NCBI GenBank assembly: GCA_041662205.1
Contig: JBAZSZ010000001.1
Span: 295,978-359,977, forward strand
Direction: 5' to 3'
Source: Minisyncoccota bacterium
GTDB taxonomy: Bacteria; Patescibacteriota; Minisyncoccia; Phycocordibacterales; UBA9973
Length of the DNA stretch: 64,000 nt
Positions 1 through 10,066 of the stretch are shown here, piece by piece. The translations under genes and the position numbers were made by a program. Every line of letters starts with the position of its first letter. Position 1 is the first letter of the stretch. Under the pieces are notes generated by a model. That model searched no databases and was not told the DNA's origin. It saw nothing but the letters and a program-made list of their open reading frames with translations.

Positions 1-532
1 TTTTTTAATGTCCAGAAATCCTGCTTATAGTGAAAATCTAGCAGAGTTGATAAAAGATCTCAAAAAAGAAACAACACAATGTAAAGAATGTTACAGGTTT
101 TTTATTTTGAATTCCAAGAAAGAAAAATTATGTGATAATTGTTCTAATATAAATACTGACGCTTCTACTTTAATGATCATAGAAAAAGATTCTGATTTAG
201 AATCTATTAAAAAAAGTGGGATTTATCATGGGAAATATTTTATTCTGGGTGGGCTTGTACCTATAGTTGAAAAAAATACTAAAAGCCGAGTACGTATTGA
301 AGAGCTAAAAAATAAAATTTCATCTAGTAAAAATCTTAAAGAAATAATCTTGGCCTTTTCCATAAGTCCTCAAGGCAACCATACTGATCAATATGTTCGT
401 GAGCAATTAAAAGATATTACTGAAAAATTAAATATAAAAATCTCCTCGCTTGGCAAAGGACTCTCTACTGGCACAGAGCTAGAATATTCAGACAACGACA
501 CTCTCAAAAATGCCCTAAAAAATAGGCAATAA
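1..532 (+). CDS. recR: Recombination protein RecR (N-terminus probably lies beyond window edge; HhH motif absent)
   Basis: C4 zinc finger CKECYRF..CDNC followed by Toprim-like block LMIIEKDSDLESIKKSGIYHGKYFILGG; aligns from about residue 33 of E. coli RecR; reading frame open to position 2. Confidence 0.8.
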   Translation, partial: FLMSRNPAYSENLAELIKDLKKETTQCKECYRFFILNSKKEKLCDNCSNINTDASTLMIIEKDSDLESIKKSGIYHGKYFILGGLVPIVEKNTKSRVRIEELKNKISSSKNLKEIILAFSISPQGNHTDQYVREQLKDITEKLNIKISSLGKGLSTGTELEYSDNDTLKNALKNRQ

Positions 533-557
533 AAAAATAATCCTGCCGATGGCGGGA

Positions 558-884
558 TTATTTTATAGAAGTAATTTTTACTTTGAAAAAAGGCTGGCGG
601 TGGCCATTGCGTTTTAGGTAACGAGATTTTTGCTTATATTTTACAACAAGAATTTTTCTAGCGCGTCCTATTTCTACAATTTCTGCATCCACTTTTGCGC
701 TCTTGATATAAGGTGTACCTATGGTCGTATCTTTGCCATCATCAACTAATAGCACTTTATCAAATACGAGCTTATCTCCTTTTTTGTACTCGACTCCTGT
801 CGTCTTTATTTTCTCAATAGAAACAAGGGTCCCTTTGGAGACCTTATATTGCTTTCCGCCTGTTTGTATAACTGCAAATTCCAT
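558..884 (-). CDS. rplU: 50S ribosomal protein L21
   Basis: MEFAVIQTGGKQYKVSKG... 108 aa, canonical L21 N-terminus and size. Confidence 0.9.
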   Translation of the reverse strand: MEFAVIQTGGKQYKVSKGTLVSIEKIKTTGVEYKKGDKLVFDKVLLVDDGKDTTIGTPYIKSAKVDAEIVEIGRARKILVVKYKQKSRYLKRNGHRQPFFKVKITSIK

Positions 885-943
885 AAGTTACATATTATAT
901 GAAATTTCACAAAAACGCAAGACTTTGTTATACTTAACCACAT

Positions 944-1951
944 ATGCCACCAAAAACTATAGAAAAGTATTTTTTCTTTGGACTATTTTTTATCACTTTA
1001 ATTTTCTCTTTTTTAATTTTTCAACCTTTTTGGATTGTCCTTGTATTGGGAGCCTCTTTTTCTATAATGCTCTATCCTGTACATGAATGGCTCAATAAAA
1101 AACTTCCAGCTACTTGGCTTGCCTCTCTTTTAACTTTATTATTTTTCATCATTGTACTGTGTGTTCCACTTTTTGGTCTTGGGTCCATAGTCTTTAATCA
1201 ATCTCAAAATCTTTATCATTCTTTTGTAAATAATGGAAATGTTTTTCCTTTTATTGCTTCTGTTGGGGATAAAATAAATCAAATATTACCAAATGGCATA
1301 TCTTTTGATATGAATGAAAAAATTTCAACTTTTATTTCTTTTGTAACAAATAATATTACAAATATTTTTACTGCTACTTTATCTGTTTTGTTCTTATTTG
1401 TATTATTTCTTTTATCTATCTTTTATTTTTTAAAAGATGGCAAAGAATGGAGAAAAACATTAATAAAACTAAGTCCACTTTCAGATACTGATGATGAAAA
1501 AATAATTATTAAACTTTCACAAACAATAAATAGCGTAATAAAAGGAACTCTTTTAATTGCTCTCATTCAAGGTATTTTAATGGGTATAGGCCTCACTATT
1601 TTTGGTATACAGCATGCAGCTATATGGGGTGTAGTAGCAGCCATAACATCACTCATACCATCTATCGGCACCGCAATGGTTTCTATTCCAGCTGTAATTT
1701 TTCTTTTTGCCACTGATCACGTCATATCCGCTATTGGCCTTACGATATGGGCAATACTTGTAGTCGGAACAATTGATAATTTCTTAGCTCCATACATAAT
1801 TGGAAAAAGAATAAATATTCCACCATTCTTAATCCTCTTTTCTGTATTAGGTGGAATCGCTCTCTTGGGTCCTGTCGGTATTTTAATCGGCCCACTTGCA
1901 ATTAGCTTACTCTATGTATTAATTGAAATATATCAAAATAAATTCGAGTAA
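944..1951 (+). CDS. AI-2E family transporter (PerM/UPF0118-like permease)
   Basis: about 8 TM helices, conserved C-terminal GxxxGPLAIS-like block typical of AI-2E family. Confidence 0.6.
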   Translation: MPPKTIEKYFFFGLFFITLIFSFLIFQPFWIVLVLGASFSIMLYPVHEWLNKKLPATWLASLLTLLFFIIVLCVPLFGLGSIVFNQSQNLYHSFVNNGNVFPFIASVGDKINQILPNGISFDMNEKISTFISFVTNNITNIFTATLSVLFLFVLFLLSIFYFLKDGKEWRKTLIKLSPLSDTDDEKIIIKLSQTINSVIKGTLLIALIQGILMGIGLTIFGIQHAAIWGVVAAITSLIPSIGTAMVSIPAVIFLFATDHVISAIGLTIWAILVVGTIDNFLAPYIIGKRINIPPFLILFSVLGGIALLGPVGILIGPLAISLLYVLIEIYQNKFE

Positions 1952-1962
1952 CAAAATAAATA

Positions 1963-3342
1963 ATGTCATTAAAATTTTACAACACTCTAACACGAGAAAA
2001 AGAAATTTTTACTCCACTTGATCCACATGAAGTTCGTATGTACACTTGTGGTCCGACAGTTTATAACTATACTCACATAGGCAACTTGCGCGCTTTTGTC
2101 TTTGCTGATATTTTACGCCGTACTTTGCAATATTATGACTTTGAAGTAAAACAAATAATGAACATCACTGACATCGGTCATCTTTCCAGTGATGCGGATT
2201 CAGGCGAGGATAAAATGACCAAAGGGCTCTTGCGTGAAGGAAAAGAATTAACCTTAAAAAATATGCGTGCCTTAGCAGAATTTTATACTGACACTTTCAA
2301 GCAAGATTTAAAAATACTTAATATTAAAATGCCAAACGGCATGTATTTTGCAAGTGATTACATAAAAGAGGATATTGATCTAGTAAAAAAATTAGAAGAA
2401 AAAGGATATGCTTATCGCACCACGGATGGCGTGTATTTTGATATTTCAAAAATGCCAGACTACGGGGCACTCTGGGGTGGTAAAAGAGATTGGAATAAAG
2501 AAGGCGCTCGTTTAATTGAAAATTCTGAAAAAAGAAACCCTGAGGATTTTGCTCTTTGGAAATTTAACAACACAATCGGTTTCGAATCCCCTTTTGGTAA
2601 AGGTTTCCCAGGTTGGCATATCGAATGCTCAGCAATGGGATTAAAATTTCTAGGAGAGCAATTTGATATTCATACTGGTGGGATTGATTTAATTCCTACT
2701 CATCACACCAACGAAATAGCTCAATCTGAATGCGCTACTAGTAAAAAACCATTCGTCAAATTTTGGATGCACAATGAATTCGTTGATACTAGTGGAGAAA
2801 AGATGTCTAAATCATCTGGAAATTTCCTCAGAACCCAAAACTTATTGGAAAAAAATATTAATCCCCTTGCTTACCGTTTTTGGCTCCTAATGGCTAATTA
2901 TCGCACAAAGGTCAACTTTAACTGGGAAGCGCTAGAAGCATCAGAAACAGCCTTAAAACGCTTATACGGCCTATACACAAGCCTGGGGGCTGATATAGGA
3001 AACATTCACAAAGAATATCAAAATAAGTTTAAAGAATTTATAGAAAATGACTTAGACACACCTAGAGCACTATCATTATTGTGGGACGTTTTCAAGGATA
3101 AAAATATGTCCGATAGCGACAAAAAAGCAACTATTCTTGATTTCGATAAAGTGTTGGGACTTGGCTTCGAAAACTTAAAACAAGATATAATTCCAGAGGA
3201 AATTTTGAAACTAGCTAATAAACGCGAAGAAGCTCGCCAAAATAAAGATTTCCAAAAATCTGATGAACTAAGAAAAGAAGTGAATTCTCTGGGTTATGAA
3301 ATAAAGGACACTTCGGAAGGACAAAAGATTTCTAAAATTTAA
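1963..3342 (+). CDS. cysS: Cysteine--tRNA ligase
   Basis: class I aaRS motifs HIGN and KMSKS, CGPTVYNYTHIGNLR N-terminus, 459 aa. Confidence 0.95.
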   Translation: MSLKFYNTLTREKEIFTPLDPHEVRMYTCGPTVYNYTHIGNLRAFVFADILRRTLQYYDFEVKQIMNITDIGHLSSDADSGEDKMTKGLLREGKELTLKNMRALAEFYTDTFKQDLKILNIKMPNGMYFASDYIKEDIDLVKKLEEKGYAYRTTDGVYFDISKMPDYGALWGGKRDWNKEGARLIENSEKRNPEDFALWKFNNTIGFESPFGKGFPGWHIECSAMGLKFLGEQFDIHTGGIDLIPTHHTNEIAQSECATSKKPFVKFWMHNEFVDTSGEKMSKSSGNFLRTQNLLEKNINPLAYRFWLLMANYRTKVNFNWEALEASETALKRLYGLYTSLGADIGNIHKEYQNKFKEFIENDLDTPRALSLLWDVFKDKNMSDSDKKATILDFDKVLGLGFENLKQDIIPEEILKLANKREEARQNKDFQKSDELRKEVNSLGYEIKDTSEGQKISKI

Positions 3343-3910
3343 AAATCTTTTTGCGGTAAATACAAAAAACAACTGCTAAATTTATTATTATAAAATAGAT
3401 ATTGAAAGAATAAATAGAAAAAATCCAATTTTTAATAATCAATAAACCCAACATACTATTTAAAGCAGCTATCAAATATACAGTACTCGCTTCAGTCTCT
3501 GGAAATTTCCAAGATTTTATTAGCGTCGGTGTTGCCGCTAAGCCATCACTTAATATTGCAAAAAAAATAGAGATTCCTAAATTATGAGTAATCATATAAA
3601 GTATCAAGGATGTAATGGCAAGTGCTCCACAATATAAATCAAAAGCATTTATTTTCCAATAACCGTTTTTAACTAAAATTGCTGTAATAATAATTACTAA
3701 AGAAAAAAAGGCGTCCATAAATATCGGCAAACTTACAAGCCCCGCACCTGCTTTATATTGAAAAAATACTCCAATAAGCGGAGCCAAGACCCAAATAAAC
3801 CAAGAAACTAAATTAGGCTTTGCCCGCCCACTTATTATGCTTTTGATATAAGAAAAATGACCCAAAAAACTTAGAAGAATAACGATATAAATAATATTCT
3901 GAGAAATCAT
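3332..3910 (-). CDS. Multi-pass membrane protein of unknown function, immediately downstream of and coupled to dnaJ
   Basis: 192 aa, 5-6 hydrophobic helices; start 2 nt after dnaJ stop. Confidence 0.45.
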   Translation of the reverse strand: MISQNIIYIVILLSFLGHFSYIKSIISGRAKPNLVSWFIWVLAPLIGVFFQYKAGAGLVSLPIFMDAFFSLVIIITAILVKNGYWKINAFDLYCGALAITSLILYMITHNLGISIFFAILSDGLAATPTLIKSWKFPETEASTVYLIAALNSMLGLLIIKNWIFSIYSFNIYFIIINLAVVFCIYRKKIFKF

Positions 3911-3911
3911 T

Positions 3912-5012
3912 TTAGATCCCCTCTTTTTTGAGTTCTTCTATGAGGGTACGAGAAGAGCGGGAAAGTTTTGACGGAAGTTTGATGTTGAGTTTGATTAACA
4001 GATCCCCTCTTTTATTTTTTCCTGCAGGCACTCCTTTGCCACGAACACGAAGAATTTCATTAATAGAAACTCCCTCTGGAATCGTCACTTCAATTTCTCC
4101 GTCTAAAGTTTGAATGGGATATTTCACTCCCAATAAAGCGTCAGAAAGCTTCAAATTTAGATTCATTACCAAGTCATTGCCTTCACGCTTAAACACTGGG
4201 TGCGGGGCAACATTTATTTTTATATAAAGATCTCCTGTTGTTCCTTTAGAAACTGCCTCACCATAACCCGTCATGCGGATCATCTCACCATCACGTATGC
4301 CTGCTGGAATCACAATAGAGACCTCTTCTTCACGGCGAAGGACTCCTTTACCTTTGCATTTTTCACAAATTTCTTTTGGTACTTCACCCGCACCCAGACA
4401 AACTTCACAAAGTTTTGTACTAGCAATATTTCCAAAAATTGTTCTTTTTGATTCACGAATTTTTCCTTGACCATTGCAATGCTTACAGGTTTCCATTTTA
4501 GTCCCGACTTTTGCACCAGAGCCTCCACATGTCTGACAAGTGGAAGTTTTAGTAATTAAAACTTTTCTATTTACGCCAAAAATGGAATCTGCAAAAGAAA
4601 TTTGAATCTCAGTAGAAATATCTCGGCCTCGGCGCACCTCTTGCCTTCCTCCACCCATTCCACCTCCAAAGAAATCACTAAAAATATCATTCAGGTCAAA
4701 TTCTGCAGAACCATTTTGAAAACCTCCAAAACCTTGAGAGAAATCGAATCCTCCAAAACCTCCTTGCCTTGGGTCACCGTAGCCTCCTTGTTGTCCCATA
4801 TTTTCAAAACCTGATCCATATTGATCGTATTTTGAACGTTTGGCGTCATCAGAAAGCACTTGATAAGCTTCATTTGCTTGCTTGAATTTTGTTTCATTAC
4901 CACCCTTTTTATCGGGATGATATTTTTGCGCCAACTTATAAAAAGCCTTCTTAATTTCATCTTTGGAGGCAGTTTTTTCAACACCTAAAATGTTATAATA
5001 GTCTTTATTCAT
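3912..5012 (-). CDS. dnaJ: Chaperone DnaJ (J-domain, G/F-rich linker, 4x CxxCxGxG zinc-finger, C-terminal domain)
   Basis: [12 protein letters not shown]-domain; repeated CxxCxGxG motifs. Confidence 0.95.
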   Translation of the reverse strand: MNKDYYNILGVEKTASKDEIKKAFYKLAQKYHPDKKGGNETKFKQANEAYQVLSDDAKRSKYDQYGSGFENMGQQGGYGDPRQGGFGGFDFSQGFGGFQNGSAEFDLNDIFSDFFGGGMGGGRQEVRRGRDISTEIQISFADSIFGVNRKVLITKTSTCQTCGGSGAKVGTKMETCKHCNGQGKIRESKRTIFGNIASTKLCEVCLGAGEVPKEICEKCKGKGVLRREEEVSIVIPAGIRDGEMIRMTGYGEAVSKGTTGDLYIKINVAPHPVFKREGNDLVMNLNLKLSDALLGVKYPIQTLDGEIEVTIPEGVSINEILRVRGKGVPAGKNKRGDLLIKLNIKLPSKLSRSSRTLIEELKKEGI

Positions 5013-5027
5013 AAGGTTATTTTGCTA

Positions 5028-6545
5028 TTATATCATAGGTTCAGCCTCTTGTGAAGTCTTAGTTTTTGTTTTTAGATTTTCTTCTACTGCCTCGCCGGAA
5101 CCTTCTGTATCGACGGATTCTCCACTTACCTTTTTTCCTTTATTTTTTCCTTCAATAATCGCTTTTTCTTCTGCACTTCGAATAATGGTGGCTTCTTCTT
5201 CAGCAATAAGTTTCGCTGCATCACCTTTTGGTATTGAATATTTTCTGCGAGAAGCTGCTATGATCTCTTCTCTATAAGATGGATGAGTAGGTGGTAACAC
5301 CCGTAGAGTCTCCGCAGAAAAAGGATCATAAGATTCTCCATCAATGGTCATTTTGATATAAAATTCTGTAACTGCTAGATTGATCATATCTTTCACATCA
5401 AAGAGTGGAGCAAATTCCGGCTTCATTTTGACGGCATCCTCACCACCAATACGAAAAGTGATAACACTCCCGACATTACCCAGGACTGCTTGATGAACTT
5501 TTGGTAAAATCTGTCCGACATACTGATGCGCGATAGTTAAATTAAGCCCGTATTTACGAGCCTCAGATAAAATATTTTCAAAAGTTTGGGTAACGACGTT
5601 TTGAAACTCATCAACGTATAAATAAAAATCTTTACGTTCTCTTTCTGGTATAGCCGCACGTTCCATACCCGCTTGTTTTATTTTTGTTAAAAACATCGAA
5701 CCGAGAAAAGAAGAATTCTCCTCACCTAGTCGGCCTTTAGAAAGATTGATAAAGATTATTTTTTCTTGATTCATTAATTCACTAATATCAATTTTATTTT
5801 GTCTTTGGCCGAAAATATTTCGAAGCAATGGATCAGAAAGAAATTGTCCGAGTTTGTTTACAAGCGGGATAATGGCATCCGTATCAAATTTTTCAGACCA
5901 ATCAGCGAATTCAATAGCGAAGAATCTTTTGACCATGTCATCTGTAATATATTCCACCACTTTCTGTCTGTAATTTCTATCCGTCAACATTGAAATCATC
6001 CCACGCATGGTTGCATGAGGGTAATCCAAAAGTGCTAAACAAGTAAAACGAAAAACGTGTTCCAGACGAGGAGTCCAATTCGCTCCGAACTGTTTTTGAA
6101 AAACTTCAATCAACCCTTGAGTCAATTGAAATTTAAACATTGGATCGACATTTGCGAGCGGATTGAAAGATGCGGGAAATTCAGTATCTGGCGGATCTAT
6201 AATACAGACATCTTCAATACGTTCTTTTGGCACATAGTCTAACATTGCGTCTATTAATTCACCGTGTGGATCGATAATGCAAAGCCCATGTCCATACGAA
6301 ATGTCCTGCCGAAGCATTAGTTCCATAAGTTTTGATTTGCCAACTCCAGACTTTCCAACTATATAAAGATGCCTACGACGATCTACTCGTTTAATACCAA
6401 AAACGAATTTTTTCTCTTCTAATGAAGCGACGTAATTAGTTCGCCCGATAAAAGAAACATCATCAGGTTTTACTTTTCCAAAAACAGGTAGCTCTGGTGG
6501 TGGTGGTCCGTATTTTATTATTTGCACTCGATTCGGCTTGGACAT
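5028..6545 (-). CDS. TM-less TraD/VirD4/TrwB-family (type IV coupling protein-like) P-loop ATPase, paralog 1
   Basis: RRRHLYIVGKSGVGKS Walker A preceded by Arg cluster; IIDPHGEL; FNPL; Walker B DFYLYVDEFQN; TraG-D_C-like block LTIAHQYVGQI..GNVGSVITFRIGGEDA; no TM helices; start 15 nt downstream of stop... (stop 15 nt upstream of dnaJ start). Confidence 0.7.
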   Translation of the reverse strand: MSKPNRVQIIKYGPPPPELPVFGKVKPDDVSFIGRTNYVASLEEKKFVFGIKRVDRRRHLYIVGKSGVGKSKLMELMLRQDISYGHGLCIIDPHGELIDAMLDYVPKERIEDVCIIDPPDTEFPASFNPLANVDPMFKFQLTQGLIEVFQKQFGANWTPRLEHVFRFTCLALLDYPHATMRGMISMLTDRNYRQKVVEYITDDMVKRFFAIEFADWSEKFDTDAIIPLVNKLGQFLSDPLLRNIFGQRQNKIDISELMNQEKIIFINLSKGRLGEENSSFLGSMFLTKIKQAGMERAAIPERERKDFYLYVDEFQNVVTQTFENILSEARKYGLNLTIAHQYVGQILPKVHQAVLGNVGSVITFRIGGEDAVKMKPEFAPLFDVKDMINLAVTEFYIKMTIDGESYDPFSAETLRVLPPTHPSYREEIIAASRRKYSIPKGDAAKLIAEEEATIIRSAEEKAIIEGKNKGKKVSGESVDTEGSGEAVEENLKTKTKTSQEAEPMI

Positions 6546-6583
6546 ATATTGATTATTTTAACATAAAATTACCTCACCCCCTA

Positions 6584-6608
6584 CCCCTCTCCTCATAAAG
6601 GAGAGGGG
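6584..6608. repeat. GC-rich hairpin CCCCTCTCC-N7-GGAGAGGGG immediately after stop of Cys-rich protein A, 38 nt upstream of ATPase-1 start
   Basis: 9-bp perfect inverted repeat in AT-rich context, seen directly. Confidence 0.6.
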
Positions 6609-8285
6609 TTAATATACCTCTTGCTGATAACACTTCTCGCAGTAGACAATCTCCGGCCTTTCTGGAGCAAAATTAGTGATAATTTTTTTCTGACATTTAG
6701 CACAATTACGATCCCAGAATTTATATGGACCTCGACGAATTACCCGATCTTGATGCCTGCAATAAAAACATTTTCTTGAAATTGGAATATTTATTTTTCG
6801 GTAAAATAAAAGTTCTTGATCTATAACCTTATAATTTCTTTTACAAGAAATACATTTTAAAATTTCACTCGTTATAGAATCCTCCACATCTTTTATGTGG
6901 TCAGGAATATCTTCTGTTTGTAATGTTTCTTTACCTTCTGTCTTTTGAATATCAACTTCCCATCTATAACCTTGCGCGAGAGCTTCTTCTTTTGAAAGGG
7001 GGAAATTTTCTTGAGCCATAGTTTCATTGTAGGCAAAAGGAGCAAGCTCATAGGATATCATTAATCCATATAAATCTAGATCAGTTAATTCTTTTATTAT
7101 TTTTTCCCTTAATCTTTCATACTCTTCTTTAGAATATTGCTTATTTAAAATAAAATATTGTCCATTTTTCAATCCATCACAACCAATACAGTTTTTGCAA
7201 TTCCTATTATAAAATCCATATAAAACATTACTGGAATTCTCTACTGCATAAGAACCAATAATATTATTCCCATACCCAGAAGCTACTACTTCGAGCAACT
7301 GTTCAGAGTTTATCCCATGACCAATTGTACCGATAGAATCTTTTATATGCTTTGACGAGTGAGTATGATGACAGTCTTCCCCATTGTTTATCTCAAAAGA
7401 TTTTTGAACATTTTTACACGAAAAAAGATAATCTCCCGTAGAATTTACAGTTTTTATATTATTATTTTCTCGCATTGGAAAATTTAAAATAAATTTCTCA
7501 AATTCTTTTTTAAATTCCTCTAATTTCTTATAAGATCCTAAAATATCACTCACTTTTTTAGTGTACTCATCTGCCCCCATCGGCTTATTTAAGAAATAGT
7601 GAGATTTATTATTCAAATTAACACAACCAAAACAATTTAAAACATTTCTACAATTAAAGACAAAACAAGAATCTACTGAACTGTTTATATTTTGACCATA
7701 AAGAATCCCAGAAGAATGTTGAATATTTATAGATTCGTAGCATCTTTCTACTTTTATTCCAAAATACAAATCACTAGAATCCTTGACATCTATTGCTCCT
7801 CTAGAATAAAGCACTTCCTCGGCTGGTCCAGTGTTGAAAACAAGATAACAATTCTTGCATCCACCAGCCATATTGATATACTCGCTATTTATGTTTGGAC
7901 CTGGACCAATAGAAATATAGGTAGTAATTTTAGGAACTTTTAATAAGAGCTCTTTATAGTGTTCTAAAAAAGATCGATTCTCATCAAAATCCATAGCATA
8001 ATCTCTCGCTTCCCATTTTTCAGAATAAAAACATTTTTCACAATAAATAACATAAGGGGATTTTGGATTATATATCGAAATAACATTTTTTTCACAGAGA
8101 GCGCATTTTCGTCCTGAATATAAACTCATCTCATTTCTAAATAAAGCGCGCATTATAAAACGACAATCTGGGCATATCTTTGGATTTGGTACCTTCATCT
8201 TTTCATAAAATCCAAGCTCGTCAGAGGAAAATGAAAAATCTTGTTTGCATTTTTTACAGTTTTTTATTTCTTTTATATTTTCCAT
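6609..8285 (-). CDS. Cys-rich multi-zinc-ribbon protein, paralog A (unknown function)
   Basis: 558 aa, about 40 Cys; N-terminal CxxC..FYxKxxVPxPxxCPxCR..RNExxLY..C module repeated near C-terminus; internal CxxCxxCxGC..NLxNK..NKQYSKEEY repeats; tail PERPEIVYCEKCYQQEVY; no signal peptide. Confidence 0.8.
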   Translation of the reverse strand: MENIKEIKNCKKCKQDFSFSSDELGFYEKMKVPNPKICPDCRFIMRALFRNEMSLYSGRKCALCEKNVISIYNPKSPYVIYCEKCFYSEKWEARDYAMDFDENRSFLEHYKELLLKVPKITTYISIGPGPNINSEYINMAGGCKNCYLVFNTGPAEEVLYSRGAIDVKDSSDLYFGIKVERCYESINIQHSSGILYGQNINSSVDSCFVFNCRNVLNCFGCVNLNNKSHYFLNKPMGADEYTKKVSDILGSYKKLEEFKKEFEKFILNFPMRENNNIKTVNSTGDYLFSCKNVQKSFEINNGEDCHHTHSSKHIKDSIGTIGHGINSEQLLEVVASGYGNNIIGSYAVENSSNVLYGFYNRNCKNCIGCDGLKNGQYFILNKQYSKEEYERLREKIIKELTDLDLYGLMISYELAPFAYNETMAQENFPLSKEEALAQGYRWEVDIQKTEGKETLQTEDIPDHIKDVEDSITSEILKCISCKRNYKVIDQELLFYRKINIPISRKCFYCRHQDRVIRRGPYKFWDRNCAKCQKKIITNFAPERPEIVYCEKCYQQEVY

Positions 8286-8313
8286 ATTAAAATACTTTAG
8301 TTAAGTAAAGTAA

Positions 8314-10065
8314 CTAGTATACTTCTTGCTGGTAACACTTCTCACAATACACTATCTCTGGTCGGTCAGGTGCATACGAAGTTTCAAATTCAACTTCACA
8401 TTTTTCATTGCCGTGAAAATGGTTCTCTTTGTCACACATGCAAGATCTATGCCAAATTTTCATAGGATTACGCATTTTTAGTCTATTTTCGTGACGACAC
8501 AAAAAACACAATCTGGGTAAAGGTACTCCGAGTTTTCGATATAAATTTAATTCATCTATAGTTATTTTATATGCTCCTCTGCAACAATTACTGGATTTTT
8601 CTTTATTATCACATCCAATAATTTCCTTCGTGATGGAATCTGTTACATCATCCAAACTAGACGGAAGGTCTTTAGCTTCTATTGTTGTTTGATACTCATT
8701 TACTTTTTTTTCACGCCATCGATAACCCATTTTGATTGCCTGCTCTTTGGAAAGAGGAAAATAATCTTGCGCCTGAGTTTCATTATAACAAAAAGTAGAA
8801 AGTTCACTAGGAAAAAATTCTCCATATTTATAGACAATTCCCCTCTTGTCCACATAAGGCACTTCATTCATCTGTTGTTCAATTTTTGGAATTAATTTTT
8901 CATATTCTTCTTTGGAATATTGTTTATTTAGAATACAATATTTCTTGTTTCGCACACCAATACAACCAAATAAATTTGAGCTTCCATGACAATTAAAAGA
9001 ATATTCAATATCATTTGAGCCATAAATCACACTACCAAAAAGATTACGAGAACCCCCTATTCCCGTATCAAAAACTTCATAAAGCATTTCGCCTTCCCCT
9101 ACTCCAGGACCAGAATCATAAGCATCTTTAAGACTTTTTACTGCCCAGTGTGAAAATTTTGCATCCTCTATGTCTCCAGTTGCGTCAAAACAAATTTTGC
9201 AATTTTTAGTACCTTCTAAATTATCGCCCGTTGAATCCACAGTCTTTATTTTAACAGCAAACCGATGAAGTGATTTTAGGCATATTTCTCTAAACTTATT
9301 TTTAAGTTCTTGGATAGTTCTATAATCCTTAAAACTATATTCTGCTATTTTTTTGTGATATTCTTCTCTAGAAAATTGCTCATTCCACATACAATATGAT
9401 TTATTGCGTAAATTAGTACAACCAAAACAATCTGTACATCCTACGCAATCATAAAGAAAATATGAATCTACACAACTTTTGCAATTTAGAGAATATAATA
9501 AATGATAGCTATCCGAGCAAAGCACGTCTTCATAACAAAGTTCAGAACGATTAACAACGTATAAATCTGCAGAATCTTTTGTTCCTGTAATTCTGTTTGC
9601 ATATAAAGTTCTTTCTATTCTCCAAGAACCGGAACACATATAGCTATCCTTACTAGCTTCCGCAACATTACAATAATCACTGTTTGTATCTTTTATATTT
9701 GAAAGAGATTGCAGAGGAATATTGTCTCTCAAATTTTTCCATTGTTCAAAAAAAGGATTTAAAAAATCATATTCTTTACCATACGAAAGTGGATCCCAGC
9801 CATCACCCCACCAAGCATCAGAACAATATACTGTAAGTTTTTCTTCTGGAGGTAAAAAAGAAATAAGCATTTCATTGTGTCCTGGCGCATCGCATTTTCT
9901 TTTAAATAAAGACATCTCATTTCGCCAAGTTAGACGCCGAATAGTTCTACACTCCGGACAAAAAGTCGGTGGAAGAACTTTTATCTTTTCATAAAAGTTA
10001 AAATCTTCCGGCTCTATAATAAAATCTTGTTTGCAGTTCTGACAGATCTTAGTTTCTGAATTCAT
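8314..10065 (-). CDS. Cys-rich multi-zinc-ribbon protein, paralog B
   Basis: 583 aa; same architecture as A; closest to paralog C; start 1 nt after ATPase-2 stop. Confidence 0.8.
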   Translation of the reverse strand: MNSETKICQNCKQDFIIEPEDFNFYEKIKVLPPTFCPECRTIRRLTWRNEMSLFKRKCDAPGHNEMLISFLPPEEKLTVYCSDAWWGDGWDPLSYGKEYDFLNPFFEQWKNLRDNIPLQSLSNIKDTNSDYCNVAEASKDSYMCSGSWRIERTLYANRITGTKDSADLYVVNRSELCYEDVLCSDSYHLLYSLNCKSCVDSYFLYDCVGCTDCFGCTNLRNKSYCMWNEQFSREEYHKKIAEYSFKDYRTIQELKNKFREICLKSLHRFAVKIKTVDSTGDNLEGTKNCKICFDATGDIEDAKFSHWAVKSLKDAYDSGPGVGEGEMLYEVFDTGIGGSRNLFGSVIYGSNDIEYSFNCHGSSNLFGCIGVRNKKYCILNKQYSKEEYEKLIPKIEQQMNEVPYVDKRGIVYKYGEFFPSELSTFCYNETQAQDYFPLSKEQAIKMGYRWREKKVNEYQTTIEAKDLPSSLDDVTDSITKEIIGCDNKEKSSNCCRGAYKITIDELNLYRKLGVPLPRLCFLCRHENRLKMRNPMKIWHRSCMCDKENHFHGNEKCEVEFETSYAPDRPEIVYCEKCYQQEVY

Positions 10066-10066
10066 A

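Noticed and set aside
3928-4984. Several 60-97 aa ORFs antisense to or overlapping dnaJ (3928-4113, 4200-4451, 4273-4470, 4310-4528, 4602-4814, 4691-4984)
   Set aside because: Embedded in a well-supported conserved gene. Low-complexity translations typical of antisense frames.
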